From an uncultured bacterium (GTDB taxonomy: Bacteria; Chlamydiota; Chlamydiia; Chlamydiales; SM23-39), in NCBI GenBank assembly GCA_964630875.1, contig CAZVXF010000004.1:873-64872 (forward strand): a stretch of DNA of 64,000 nucleotides, in the 5' to 3' direction. Each line of letters starts with the position of its first letter. Position 1 is the first letter of the stretch. Both the position numbers and the translations under genes were made by a program. The notes below the pieces were generated by a model. That model saw nothing but the letters and a program-made list of their open reading frames with translations, had not been told where the DNA came from and made no database searches. Shown one piece after another: positions 8,614 through 17,650 of this stretch.

Positions 8614-9412
8614 TATGAAACAGATCGCGCAGCAACGCGATCGTCACTTCGATCACAATCAGAATAATAATTGTCATCTCTAGACGATTTGTCTTCTGAT
8701 GGTTTAACTCATTGCCTAAGATTTCAAAGAGCTCATGCATCAAATTCAGACGTCGATTGAGTAATTCGACTCGCTTTCCTACATCTAAATAGTGGATGAC
8801 TTTTCGATAACTTGGTTCGAGTTCTGCGTGTTCCCAAAAAAATTCGGGAGTATCTAGGATTTCAGTGTGTAGATTCACGTAATTTCGTTCTAGAAAAAGC
8901 TCCCCCATCTTCTGCGAGGTCTGTTTTCTTGTGAGGGAAATTTTTCCTTTGTGTGCCAAATCTTTAGGTAATTGCTTACACGTTTCAACAGTTCTCGCAA
9001 TTGTCTCTTCAAAAACTGTTAATTTTACAGATTGAGCCATTGCGTAGGAAATCGCAAGTTTCAAAGTGGGATCTTTTTTATTGAGAACCACTTCATCCTC
9101 TTGGATTTCCATTTTCGTGCCATAAGCAAATGTGAATTCATCCAATTCGACTTTGATGAGGGGCTCTTTTTCAAATTTTTTTAAGTTTGCGAGATGTTCT
9201 GTCTCTTCTGTATCAGTAAATCCCCAGAAAACGACGACTCCATAGGGAAAATAAAAAATGTCATGCTTCCCCTTTTTCTCATCCTTCGGTTGCATATGAA
9301 TGACATCGCGATAAAGTTGGGCTGTAACTAGAGGTTGTAAAAATTGAAACAGTCGTGGAATATCATAGCCACTTGCAGAAGAATAGACAGTACATCTCAT
9401 ACAATCATTCAT
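8606..9412 (-). CDS. RMD1/DUF155 (YagE) family protein
   Basis: YFPYGVVVFWGF... core and a C-terminal TM helix (MTIIILIVIEVTIALL) typical of DUF155. I prefer the ATG at 9412 over the TTG at 9436, which would overlap the divergent gene. Confidence 0.65.
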   Translation of the reverse strand: MNDCMRCTVYSSASGYDIPRLFQFLQPLVTAQLYRDVIHMQPKDEKKGKHDIFYFPYGVVVFWGFTDTEETEHLANLKKFEKEPLIKVELDEFTFAYGTKMEIQEDEVVLNKKDPTLKLAISYAMAQSVKLTVFEETIARTVETCKQLPKDLAHKGKISLTRKQTSQKMGELFLERNYVNLHTEILDTPEFFWEHAELEPSYRKVIHYLDVGKRVELLNRRLNLMHELFEILGNELNHQKTNRLEMTIIILIVIEVTIALLRDLFHII

Positions 9413-9419
9413 AAATGAA

Positions 9420-10589
9420 ATGAAATTCTTTTTCAAAACATGTTTTATTTTTTCTTCACTGTATGCGGGCAGAATAAGCTACGACATCGATATGTCTCCG
9501 TACGCCGGAGCCAATAATTTGTTGTTTGCAACAGATTTGATCGAGCAAATTCAGCCTTTTAAAGAGTCAAATAGTTGGAAAGCACGATTTGGCCGTTTCA
9601 ATGAACTAATCCTCTTTTATCTGCCTCTGAACTACTTTACAAGCATTGTCCAGCATGAGGTCTTTGGCCATGGATATCGAATCAGAGATATTGATCATGG
9701 GATTGTCCGTGTTCACGGATATCAATTCACGTTTCCCCCGCCTTACGGAAGCGGGAGTGCATCGACTCGATTTTCTATCGATGTAGATCGGATCACACCG
9801 ACTGATCTCACAACGATTTCCATTGCGGGGCTTGAAGCACAATCAATCTTAGCGCTCCAGACAAAATTCAATTGGTTAGGCTTGAATGCAATGGATGCAC
9901 GAGAAAGCGTTCTTTATTTGGTGAGCCAATTTGCACTCAATCTTTATGCATCGGGAAATGGTGATGATAGTCATGATCTCGTCGGATACATCCATCTATT
10001 AAATTATACGTATACTGACACCCTTTTAACTGAAGAAAGAATCCGCAATCTTTCTTGGATTAATCTTGCAGATCCTTTTACTTACTTTTCTGTTTATGCT
10101 TGGTTTCATTATCTTGTCAGCGGCAAACAAACAGCCATTCCAATGATTCCAATCAAGTCATGGGGGTATTTATTTGGAGCAAGGCTTGGCCTAACCCCCT
10201 TCGGTCCTGAATATTTTTTCGATCATTATCTGATGAAAGAAGCTAGGCCCATTTACTTTTATCTAAGGGCAGGTGCTCATTCGAATAATACTTATTTCGG
10301 TGCCGGATTCTATTCGCCCACACTTTTTAAGAAAAAACGATGGGCTTTTGGCGGCAGATTAGACGTTTGGAGACAGCCTGAGCTTCTATTATTTGGAGAA
10401 CCTCCCTATTCGTCAATGGAGCAGCATCAACAACTGATGGGAATTGCATCATCTGTTATCTGTTCTTATCAAAAAAATAGATGGCTTGGATTTGAGACAG
10501 AAATTGGTTTCAAAACAAAAGGATTTGTTCCTGGCTATTCGCTCTTCGCAAGTCCAATCATTCGGATTTCTTACTTGTCTTCATTTTAA
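9420..10589 (+). CDS. hypothetical exported protein with HExxxH motif and OMP-like C-terminus
   Basis: N-terminal signal-like MKFFFKTCFIFSSLYA, QHEVFGHGYR motif, aromatic-rich alternating C-terminal strands ending ...RISYLSSF. Confidence 0.55.
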   Translation: MKFFFKTCFIFSSLYAGRISYDIDMSPYAGANNLLFATDLIEQIQPFKESNSWKARFGRFNELILFYLPLNYFTSIVQHEVFGHGYRIRDIDHGIVRVHGYQFTFPPPYGSGSASTRFSIDVDRITPTDLTTISIAGLEAQSILALQTKFNWLGLNAMDARESVLYLVSQFALNLYASGNGDDSHDLVGYIHLLNYTYTDTLLTEERIRNLSWINLADPFTYFSVYAWFHYLVSGKQTAIPMIPIKSWGYLFGARLGLTPFGPEYFFDHYLMKEARPIYFYLRAGAHSNNTYFGAGFYSPTLFKKKRWAFGGRLDVWRQPELLLFGEPPYSSMEQHQQLMGIASSVICSYQKNRWLGFETEIGFKTKGFVPGYSLFASPIIRISYLSSF

Positions 10590-10596
10590 GAGTGAA

Positions 10597-10941
10597 TTAC
10601 TCGATTTGTTTGATAAAAGCATTGAGTACGAGATGAAGATTGGCTCTTATTTTAGGAGAGATCCACCAGCGGACCATCCATGCAAATGGGCCAGACAGCT
10701 TAAAATCATAACGGATTTCTGTACCAGAGCCTGTTTTAACCACTTCATGAGAAAAAACAAGACGGATGAACAATGCCTTCCAAGAGACTGAAAAACTTCG
10801 TCCAGGAATCACATCTAGAATCGTATAGTGAATTTTTTGATTGATCCCAGTCGCGCCTGAGACAAGTTTGCCTTGATGCGCATGAGACCAAGCGGCCCAG
10901 ACTTTTTCAGCAGAGGCACGCGTATATCCTACAATTGACAT
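10597..10941 (-). CDS. small SRPBCC-like protein (tentative)
   Basis: 114-aa ORF. The ...SAEKVWAAWSH... start is reminiscent of the polyketide-cyclase/START-like superfamily. This is a weak assignment. Confidence 0.45.
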   Translation of the reverse strand: MSIVGYTRASAEKVWAAWSHAHQGKLVSGATGINQKIHYTILDVIPGRSFSVSWKALFIRLVFSHEVVKTGSGTEIRYDFKLSGPFAWMVRWWISPKIRANLHLVLNAFIKQIE

Positions 10942-10970
10942 ATCGCTATTTTACTACTATATAGAATTTT

Positions 10971-11408
10971 ATGCTCGCAATCATTCTCCTTCTTACAGCT
11001 TGGACCGGAACTAAGATTACACATTCAGATGCCGAATGGCGCATAAAGCTTGGCGAAAAAAACTATCATGTCATGAGAGAAGCTGGAACTGAAAATTCTT
11101 TTTTAGGAAAATATGTCTTTACAGATGAAAAAGGAATGTATCGATGCGCTGGCTGCAATCTCGCGTTATTTGATTCGAAAGATAAAATATTTTTAGGATG
11201 CGGATGGCCAACATTTTCAAAGCCTATATTTCCAAAAAATGTGTATTATTTAGAAGATTGGAGAATCGGTTTTAAACGCTACCAAGTTTTATGCCGCCAA
11301 TGCGACTCCCACCTTGGACATGTATTTAAAGAAGAAAGTTTACGCTACTGCGTCAATTCTTGTTGCTTGACTCTAGATCTTGATTCTGTTATAAGTTTCA
11401 TCGAATAA
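10971..11408 (+). CDS. msrB: peptide-methionine (R)-S-oxide reductase
   Basis: YRCAGCNLALFDS...GCGWPTF...CRQCDSHLGHVF carries the two CxxC pairs and the GWP/HLGHVF SelR signature. There is an N-terminal hydrophobic leader. Confidence 0.85.
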   Translation: MLAIILLLTAWTGTKITHSDAEWRIKLGEKNYHVMREAGTENSFLGKYVFTDEKGMYRCAGCNLALFDSKDKIFLGCGWPTFSKPIFPKNVYYLEDWRIGFKRYQVLCRQCDSHLGHVFKEESLRYCVNSCCLTLDLDSVISFIE

Positions 11409-11424
11409 GACGATGGAATTCTGA

Positions 11425-12933
11425 ATGGCATCAGCGGGAGTTAATTCTCCACTCGTCAGATGGCGCAAGCGCCTCTGGCCAATTCAAGCATACGAACTCA
11501 AGAAAATTCTCCCATTACTTTTTATGAAATTCTTCATCTCGTTCACCTATGGGGTGTTAACGACGATGAAAGACGCGGCCGTGGTCACGGCAAAAGGATC
11601 AGGCGCTGAAGTCATCCCAATTCTTAAAGGCTGGATCGTTTTACCGATTGCACTGGGTGCGACCCTCCTCTATTCAAAACTTGCGAACACTTTCCGAAGA
11701 TCTGTCCTTTTTTATAGCATTATCACCTGTTTCATGGTTTTTGTGGTGATTTATGGGTTTGTCCTATATCCGAATATGGATGCCCTCTCCCCTCATGCCT
11801 CCGCTGATTGGATCTTAGACAAAATTGGAGCTCAAAATAGTCATTGGATAGCCATTTATAGAAATTGGATTCCTTCTCTCTTCTTTGTAGCTGCGGAACT
11901 TTGGGGAAGCATTGTCATCTTCCTGCTCTTTTGGGGCTTTGTCAATCATATTTGTAATTTTAATGAAGCCAAGCGCTGCTACAACATGTTTATTGCAGGC
12001 GGTGATTTAGCTCAAATGTTTACAGGACCAGTCGTCTGTTTTTTTACAGGAAGATATCTTGCTGAACACTTCCATCTTGCCCTTCAAAGTCTAGTTTTGG
12101 TCGTTCTGTTCTTTGGCTTCATGATCATGGCTCTTCACTTCTTACTCACCCGCAAGATTTTGAAAGATAAAAGGCTCTACCAACCAGAAGAAAAAATCGA
12201 TTTAGAGACAAAGACGAAACTGACGCTACTGCAAAGCATAAAATTTATTGCCAAGTCCCCTTATCTTCGATGGATCGCCGTGATGGTCATTGCCTATGGT
12301 CTCACAATGAATCTTACCGAAGTGACTTGGAAAGCAAACTTAAAGCTCGCTTGCCCAGATCAAGGCACGTATACATCTTTTATGGCGAATGTGAGCTCTT
12401 GGGTAGGAATCTGTTCGTTTATTATTACATTATTTTTTAGCGGCGCTCTCATTCGATCTGTCGGTTGGTTAAGGTGCGCGCAACTTCCTCCCGTTGTCAT
12501 TGGGATTACAAGCCTTACTTTCTTATCCCTCTTCCTAAATCCTGAATGGCTTTCTCCGCTATCGGGATTTGCAACCCCATTAATGCTGATTGTTCTCTTT
12601 GGAGCCTTTCAAAACATTTCGACGAAAGTGATGAAGTATGCCTTCTTTGATCCGACAAAAGAGATGGCCTATATTCCACTTGATATGGAGTCGAAAGTTA
12701 AAGGAAAAGCAGCCATTGATGTGATTGGCTCAAGACTTGGCAAGTCCGGCGCTGCCTGGATTCAAATCGTATTGATCCAAATCGTTGGAACAGGCTCAGT
12801 ACTTTCGATCACGCATGCACTCATACCAATCATCGCATGTACAATCTTCTTTTGGATCTTCTCGGTGAGATCTCTCAATAAGGAATTCGAGAAAAAGAAC
12901 CTTACCTTACAAGCCGCTACTCAAGAAAGTTAA
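11425..12933 (+). CDS. ntt: ATP/ADP (nucleotide) translocase, NTT/Tlc family
   Basis: About 12 TM segments. YELKKILPLLFMKFFISFTYGVLTTMKDAAVVT...GAEVIPILKGW is the characteristic N-terminus of chlamydial/rickettsial/plastid NTTs. Confidence 0.9.
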   Translation: MASAGVNSPLVRWRKRLWPIQAYELKKILPLLFMKFFISFTYGVLTTMKDAAVVTAKGSGAEVIPILKGWIVLPIALGATLLYSKLANTFRRSVLFYSIITCFMVFVVIYGFVLYPNMDALSPHASADWILDKIGAQNSHWIAIYRNWIPSLFFVAAELWGSIVIFLLFWGFVNHICNFNEAKRCYNMFIAGGDLAQMFTGPVVCFFTGRYLAEHFHLALQSLVLVVLFFGFMIMALHFLLTRKILKDKRLYQPEEKIDLETKTKLTLLQSIKFIAKSPYLRWIAVMVIAYGLTMNLTEVTWKANLKLACPDQGTYTSFMANVSSWVGICSFIITLFFSGALIRSVGWLRCAQLPPVVIGITSLTFLSLFLNPEWLSPLSGFATPLMLIVLFGAFQNISTKVMKYAFFDPTKEMAYIPLDMESKVKGKAAIDVIGSRLGKSGAAWIQIVLIQIVGTGSVLSITHALIPIIACTIFFWIFSVRSLNKEFEKKNLTLQAATQES

Positions 12934-13082
12934 TCCCGAATGGTTTGATGGCTACAAGCTCACAAGGCTTTAAAAATGCTCTCGCAAAGAGAGTTGCTGA
13001 AAAAAAGTACAACAAGCGGGTTAGTGATCCTGTTTTTAAGGGGCAACTCCAGAGTCGAGTTGCTTCCCTTTCGATTATTCTT

Positions 13083-14702
13083 TTATTGGGAGCTGCGATC
13101 TCTTGAAGGGCTCTGCTTGTCGTCGACCCATTTGCCTGAGAACACAACGTTATTATCGCGATCGTAAAGAGTGCCTTCACCCTCTCGTTTGCGGCCAACC
13201 ACATCGCCTTTGTAACAGCTTCCATCGACGTAATATAGTGTGCCTATAGGCTGCGGATGGCCTCTCTCCCAGAAGCCTTCGAACCGGGTTCCATCGGTGT
13301 AACGCATTGTGCCTCTACCGTGCAGCTCGCCTTTCTCCCATTTGCCTTCGATCAAATCTCCATTAGCGTAATACAATGTGCCTATACCGTGCTTCTGGCC
13401 ATTCAAAATTTCGCCGATGTAGTCAATCTTTCCATTGGATAAAAATAATATACCTCTACCGTCCTGCATGTTCTTATTCCAGTCGCCTGAGAAAGTGATT
13501 TTCCAAGCGGATGAAAATGATATACCTTTACCCTTCTTCTGGTTTTTATCCCACATGCCTGCATACAATTCTCCAGAAACGCAAAGCTCTATGCCATGAC
13601 CTTTCTTCTTGTCCGCAACCCAGTCGCCTTTGTACAGCTTTCCATTGGCATAATACAATGTGCCTTGACCCTCCCGCTTGCCATTCACTATGTCGCCTTC
13701 AAAAAGGTCTCCGTTGGCAAAATATATTTTGCCTTTACCGTCCATTTTGCCTTTATCCAAGTCGCCTAAGTACAGGGTCCTTGTATTCGCGTCAAATAAT
13801 TTTCCTTGACCTTGCGGCTTGCCATTCTCCCAGATTTTGGCGCAACAATATATGCCTTTGTTCTGCTTGTCAGCCACCCAGCTGACTTCGTTCTTCTGGT
13901 CTGCATCTTGTGCACCTTCTGATTTGGCGACTTCTTCTTCTACCTCCTCTATTGCTCTGATGGCTTCTGCTGCGAATGTTTTGCCGCGGTCACTTGTTGT
14001 TGCCATTGCTTCTGATCTGGAGCTGTCTAATCCTTTTGCCGCTGCTTTGGCAAGCTCTGCTGCTGCTTTGTCGAGTTCTGCTGCTGCTTCGACAGGTGCA
14101 GCAAATGCGACCGCTGCTGCTTTAGCGAGTTCTGCTTCTGCTTTAGCGAGTTCTGCGGCTTTGGCGGAGGCAACAGGTGCGATTGCTGCTTTGTCGAGTT
14201 CTGCTGCATTGGCAAGTTCTTCTGCTGCTTTGGCCAGTTCTTCTGCTGCTTTGGCCAGTTCTGCTGCTGCTTTGGCGGGTTCTGCATATGCGACGCCTGC
14301 TGCTTTGGCGAGTTCTTTTGCTTTGGCGAATCCTTGTGCTGATTTGGCGTATTCTTCTAAAGCAAGGTTTACTGCTGCTTCGGCGCGTTCTTCTGCTGCT
14401 TTGGCGAATTCTTCTGCTACTCTGGCGGGTTCTGCTACTTTGGCGCGTTCTTCAAAAGCTGCTGCTGCTGCTGCACCGAGTGTTGTGTTTTTACCTCTTA
14501 TTAAAGAAGGATTGATACTAATAGAGCGGTTATTGGAGTTAGTTGCTACTTTGGCGCGTTCTTCAAAAGCGGCTGCTGCTGCTACAGCTACTGCTTCACC
14601 TAGTAGTGTGATTGGGTTTTCGCCTCTCATTAAAGTAGGGCTGTCACCGTTCATTAAAGGGGGTCTGACGGCAACAGAGTTGTTAACGGAGTTAGTTGTC
14701 AT
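13083..14702 (-). CDS. MORN-repeat protein with N-terminal Ala-rich heptad array
   Basis: The C-terminal half has about 11 units of Y.G....G...G.G (for example YANGDLIEGKWEKGELHGRGT). The N-terminal half has AELAKAA/AEELAKAA heptads and a duplicated AAAAAFEERAKVA block. Confidence 0.85.
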   Translation of the reverse strand: MTTNSVNNSVAVRPPLMNGDSPTLMRGENPITLLGEAVAVAAAAAFEERAKVATNSNNRSISINPSLIRGKNTTLGAAAAAAFEERAKVAEPARVAEEFAKAAEERAEAAVNLALEEYAKSAQGFAKAKELAKAAGVAYAEPAKAAAELAKAAEELAKAAEELANAAELDKAAIAPVASAKAAELAKAEAELAKAAAVAFAAPVEAAAELDKAAAELAKAAAKGLDSSRSEAMATTSDRGKTFAAEAIRAIEEVEEEVAKSEGAQDADQKNEVSWVADKQNKGIYCCAKIWENGKPQGQGKLFDANTRTLYLGDLDKGKMDGKGKIYFANGDLFEGDIVNGKREGQGTLYYANGKLYKGDWVADKKKGHGIELCVSGELYAGMWDKNQKKGKGISFSSAWKITFSGDWNKNMQDGRGILFLSNGKIDYIGEILNGQKHGIGTLYYANGDLIEGKWEKGELHGRGTMRYTDGTRFEGFWERGHPQPIGTLYYVDGSCYKGDVVGRKREGEGTLYDRDNNVVFSGKWVDDKQSPSRDRSSQ

Positions 14703-14924
14703 ATGTAAGTTGTTATTGTTATATGTGCTCTAATAATATAACTGATTTACAATTTTTTAAAGGTATATCTTTTATTTCTGTTAAGTAGAAATGTCCTCTT
14801 TCTGGTAATCACAAGTCATTCATAACCAGTCATGGAGAAGTGACTTAATAGGAGGACGTATCCAGGTGAGCACAAAGGACTTAAGTAAATAGAGACGGTA
14901 GCTAGGATTCTTGAAACACTCAAT

Positions 14925-16049
14925 TTAAGCAATTGTAACTTTCTTGCAAAGGTACACATCCTGAATTGCGTGAAGAATGGCGGCGCCTTCTTTCAGAGGT
15001 TTTTGGAAACATTTGCGTCCTGAAATCAGACCAATACCGCCTGCCCTTTTATTGATCACTGCGGTTCTAACAGCTTCAACTAAATCTTGCTCGCCTGATG
15101 GCCCTCCAGAATTAATCAATCCCATACGTCCCATATAGCAATTGATCACTTGATAGCGCGCCAAATCAATTGGATGATCTGAACAAAGCGTCGTGTACAT
15201 TTGCTCAGAGGTTTTTCCAAATTTTAGGGCTTTAAAACCGCCATTGTTGAGGGGGAGTTTTTGTTTGATGATATCTGCTTGAATGGTTACGCCCAAGTGA
15301 TTTGCTTGGCCTGTAAGGTCTGCTGCTTCATGATAATCTTTATCAGCTGTCTTAAACGCATTATTGCGCAGATAACACCAAAGAATAGTTGCCATGCCAA
15401 GTTCATGTGCGCAGGCAAACGCTTGGCTCACTTCAATGATTTGTCGTCTTGACTCTTGAGAACCGAAGTAAATTGTCGCACCGACTGCAACACAACCCAT
15501 ATCGTAGGCTTGTTTGACAGTTGCAAAAATTGTCTCATCGTGCATTGTTGGATAGGAAAGAAGCTCGTTATGATTGAATTTCAAAACAAAAGGGATTTTG
15601 TGAGCATATTTACGCGCAACACTTCCTAAGACGCCAAGTGTGGATGCGACCGCATTGCAACCACCTTCAATTGCAAGTTTCACAATATTTTCAGAATCAA
15701 AATAATCTGGATTTACACCAAAAGAGGCTCCTGCGGTATGTTCAATTCCTTGATCGACAGGTAAAATTGAAAGATATCCAGAATTGGCAAGTCTTCCATG
15801 GCCAAACATCTGCTGCAGACTTCTGAGCACACGAATATTGCGATCGCTCACGCTAAAAATACGATCCACCCAATCTGGTCCCGGAATATGCAATTGATCT
15901 TTGCTCACTGTAGTACATGTATGATTAAGTAAAGATTCAGCTGAGTTGCCAAGCAGTTTTTGTATTTCAGAATATCCCATGTAACCTCGAATGTATTCTG
16001 TAGATATATCAAAATCAAAAAATTCCTTGTAGTAAAATTTTATAGACAT
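14925..16049 (-). CDS. fbaB: class I fructose-bisphosphate aldolase (DhnA/FbaB type)
   Basis: [13 protein letters not shown], ...VLKFNHNE..., GATIYFGS and ADIIKQK blocks typical of DhnA-type aldolases. The start is uncertain (alternative ATG at 15980). Confidence 0.85.
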   Translation of the reverse strand: MSIKFYYKEFFDFDISTEYIRGYMGYSEIQKLLGNSAESLLNHTCTTVSKDQLHIPGPDWVDRIFSVSDRNIRVLRSLQQMFGHGRLANSGYLSILPVDQGIEHTAGASFGVNPDYFDSENIVKLAIEGGCNAVASTLGVLGSVARKYAHKIPFVLKFNHNELLSYPTMHDETIFATVKQAYDMGCVAVGATIYFGSQESRRQIIEVSQAFACAHELGMATILWCYLRNNAFKTADKDYHEAADLTGQANHLGVTIQADIIKQKLPLNNGGFKALKFGKTSEQMYTTLCSDHPIDLARYQVINCYMGRMGLINSGGPSGEQDLVEAVRTAVINKRAGGIGLISGRKCFQKPLKEGAAILHAIQDVYLCKKVTIA

Positions 16050-16057
16050 TTACGATG

Positions 16058-16105
16058 TATACCCTAACAACCTCAAAAATCGGTTTTTGAGGTTGTTAGG
16101 GTATA
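16058..16105. repeat. 48-bp perfect palindrome (22-bp arms, 4-nt loop)
   Basis: tataccctaacaacctcaaaaa-tcgg-tttttgaggttgttagggtata. It lies in the divergent region between the aldolase gene and ORF 16125..16457. Confidence 0.95.
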
Positions 16106-16124
16106 TCTATTTTTGGAGGATACG

Positions 16125-16457
16125 ATGGATTTGGTTAGCATTTCACAAGGTGCCTTGAAACTCGTCGAGGACTGGATTAAGAATCACAAGAATGACAAAG
16201 AAAAAGAGAAGCAAGAAAAGCAGATTAACTGTTATAAAAAAGATCTAAAAGAGGTCATTTATAAAACAGATCATGATGTTCCTAGAGCCGACTCGACAGA
16301 ACTCGGACATATTCGTGATTTTGTCGTAGAAAAACAGGGCAATCTGAAAAAGAGAACATTGATTCCGCCCAACATGCGTGATGAAGGAAATGCTGTGTAT
16401 TCAGCATCATTAGCCAAAATTGATGCATGCCGCCATAAGTTTCTAAAAGTTGCCTAA
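16125..16457 (+). CDS. hypothetical protein (about 110 aa)
   Basis: ORF with GGAGGA 5 nt upstream of the ATG at 16125. Lys/Glu-rich. No motif recognised. Confidence 0.45.
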   Translation: MDLVSISQGALKLVEDWIKNHKNDKEKEKQEKQINCYKKDLKEVIYKTDHDVPRADSTELGHIRDFVVEKQGNLKKRTLIPPNMRDEGNAVYSASLAKIDACRHKFLKVA

Positions 16458-16474
16458 GAAAAGAAAAAATTCCC

Positions 16475-17650
16475 TCAGTGGATTGATAGTAAGAAGCTTT
16501 TGAGATAGGCGCTTTCGGGGTGGAAGATCGAAATTGGATGGTCGATTGCCATTCGATGCGAGCTCACGATGCAGACGTGACGATCTGCATCTAGGCTTGC
16601 TCGAAATAAAAGGTTCCGAAATAGGGCCTCATCAATGTGATACGAACAGGAGCATGTGAGAAGAAGGCTATTTGAAGCCATCTTGCTGATTGCGTATTGG
16701 TTCATCTCTTTATACGCTTTAAACGCTTGCGGAATATCATTTTTCTTCTTTGCAAAGGCGGGCGGATCGAGGATGACTAGATCATAGTTCCAATCGCATG
16801 TCTTTAAATACTCAAACACGTCACTACAGATGAATTCATGGCGATTCAGCGGCAGATGATTGAGTGCGATATTCTTCTCAAGTTGCAAATGGCATTTTTT
16901 ACTAATTTCAACGCTTGTCACATGCGTTGCACCGCCCTGAAGGGCTGATAAAGAAAAACCGCCAGTGTAGGCAAAGCAGTTTAGCACTCGTCGATTCTTG
17001 GAGAGTTCTCGAATGTGTGAGCGAGCTTCTCTTTGATCGAGAAAAAATCCTGTTTTTTGCCCCTCCTGAAAATCGATAGAGTACTTGATTCCATTTTCTA
17101 GAATTTCAGTTTGAAAAGTTTCTTCGCCATAGAGATGTCCTCGACTTTCCTGCATCCCTTCTTTTTTTCTCAATTTAGAGGTCGACTTTTCGATGATCGC
17201 GCGTGGTTTGCAAATTTCAATGCAAAGCGAAATAAGAAGATCTTTTATTTTTTCAGTTCCTGGATGAGAGATCTGAAAAACAAGAATGCCTGCGTAAGAA
17301 TCAATGATCAGGCCTGGGATTCCATCGCCTTCTGCATTGATCAATCGATAAGCATTTGTAATCGAAGAATCAAACCATTTTTCACGCATGTGAAAAGCCG
17401 ATTGAATCCGATGTTTGATTGCGTAAGCAAGCGTTTCAGTTCCAAAAGCAATCATGTGAGCAAAGATTGATTGTCCTGGAGTATTGAGAAGTGCAAGTCC
17501 TAATTTTTCGCCATTTGATGAATGAACGACAGCAATTTCGCCATTCCGATCGATGTTCGCAATGGCTCCAGAATAGATCCAGTGATGTCTCTGCAGAATG
17601 GGTTTTTCTTTCCCTTTTCTTAGATCAATGCGAGACGTGGCTTGGAGCAT
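16475..17650 (-). CDS. rlmI: class I SAM-dependent rRNA (cytosine-C5) methyltransferase, RlmI-like
   Basis: N-terminal PUA-like part (HHWIYSGAI), VLNCFAYTGGFSLSA SAM motif and DLVILDPPAFAKKK motif IV. Confidence 0.8.
   Translation of the reverse strand: MLQATSRIDLRKGKEKPILQRHHWIYSGAIANIDRNGEIAVVHSSNGEKLGLALLNTPGQSIFAHMIAFGTETLAYAIKHRIQSAFHMREKWFDSSITNAYRLINAEGDGIPGLIIDSYAGILVFQISHPGTEKIKDLLISLCIEICKPRAIIEKSTSKLRKKEGMQESRGHLYGEETFQTEILENGIKYSIDFQEGQKTGFFLDQREARSHIRELSKNRRVLNCFAYTGGFSLSALQGGATHVTSVEISKKCHLQLEKNIALNHLPLNRHEFICSDVFEYLKTCDWNYDLVILDPPAFAKKKNDIPQAFKAYKEMNQYAISKMASNSLLLTCSCSYHIDEALFRNLLFRASLDADRHVCIVSSHRMAIDHPISIFHPESAYLKSFLLSIH

Noticed and set aside
13819-14733. 304-aa ORF on the plus strand (ALASSAAALASS... 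low complexity), plus smaller ORFs at 14027..14287 and 14177..14515
   Set aside because: These are mirror ORFs of the GC-rich Ala-codon repeat array of the MORN-protein gene on the minus strand. The composition is purely repetitive with no independent start context. The minus-strand frame continues into a well-formed MORN domain.
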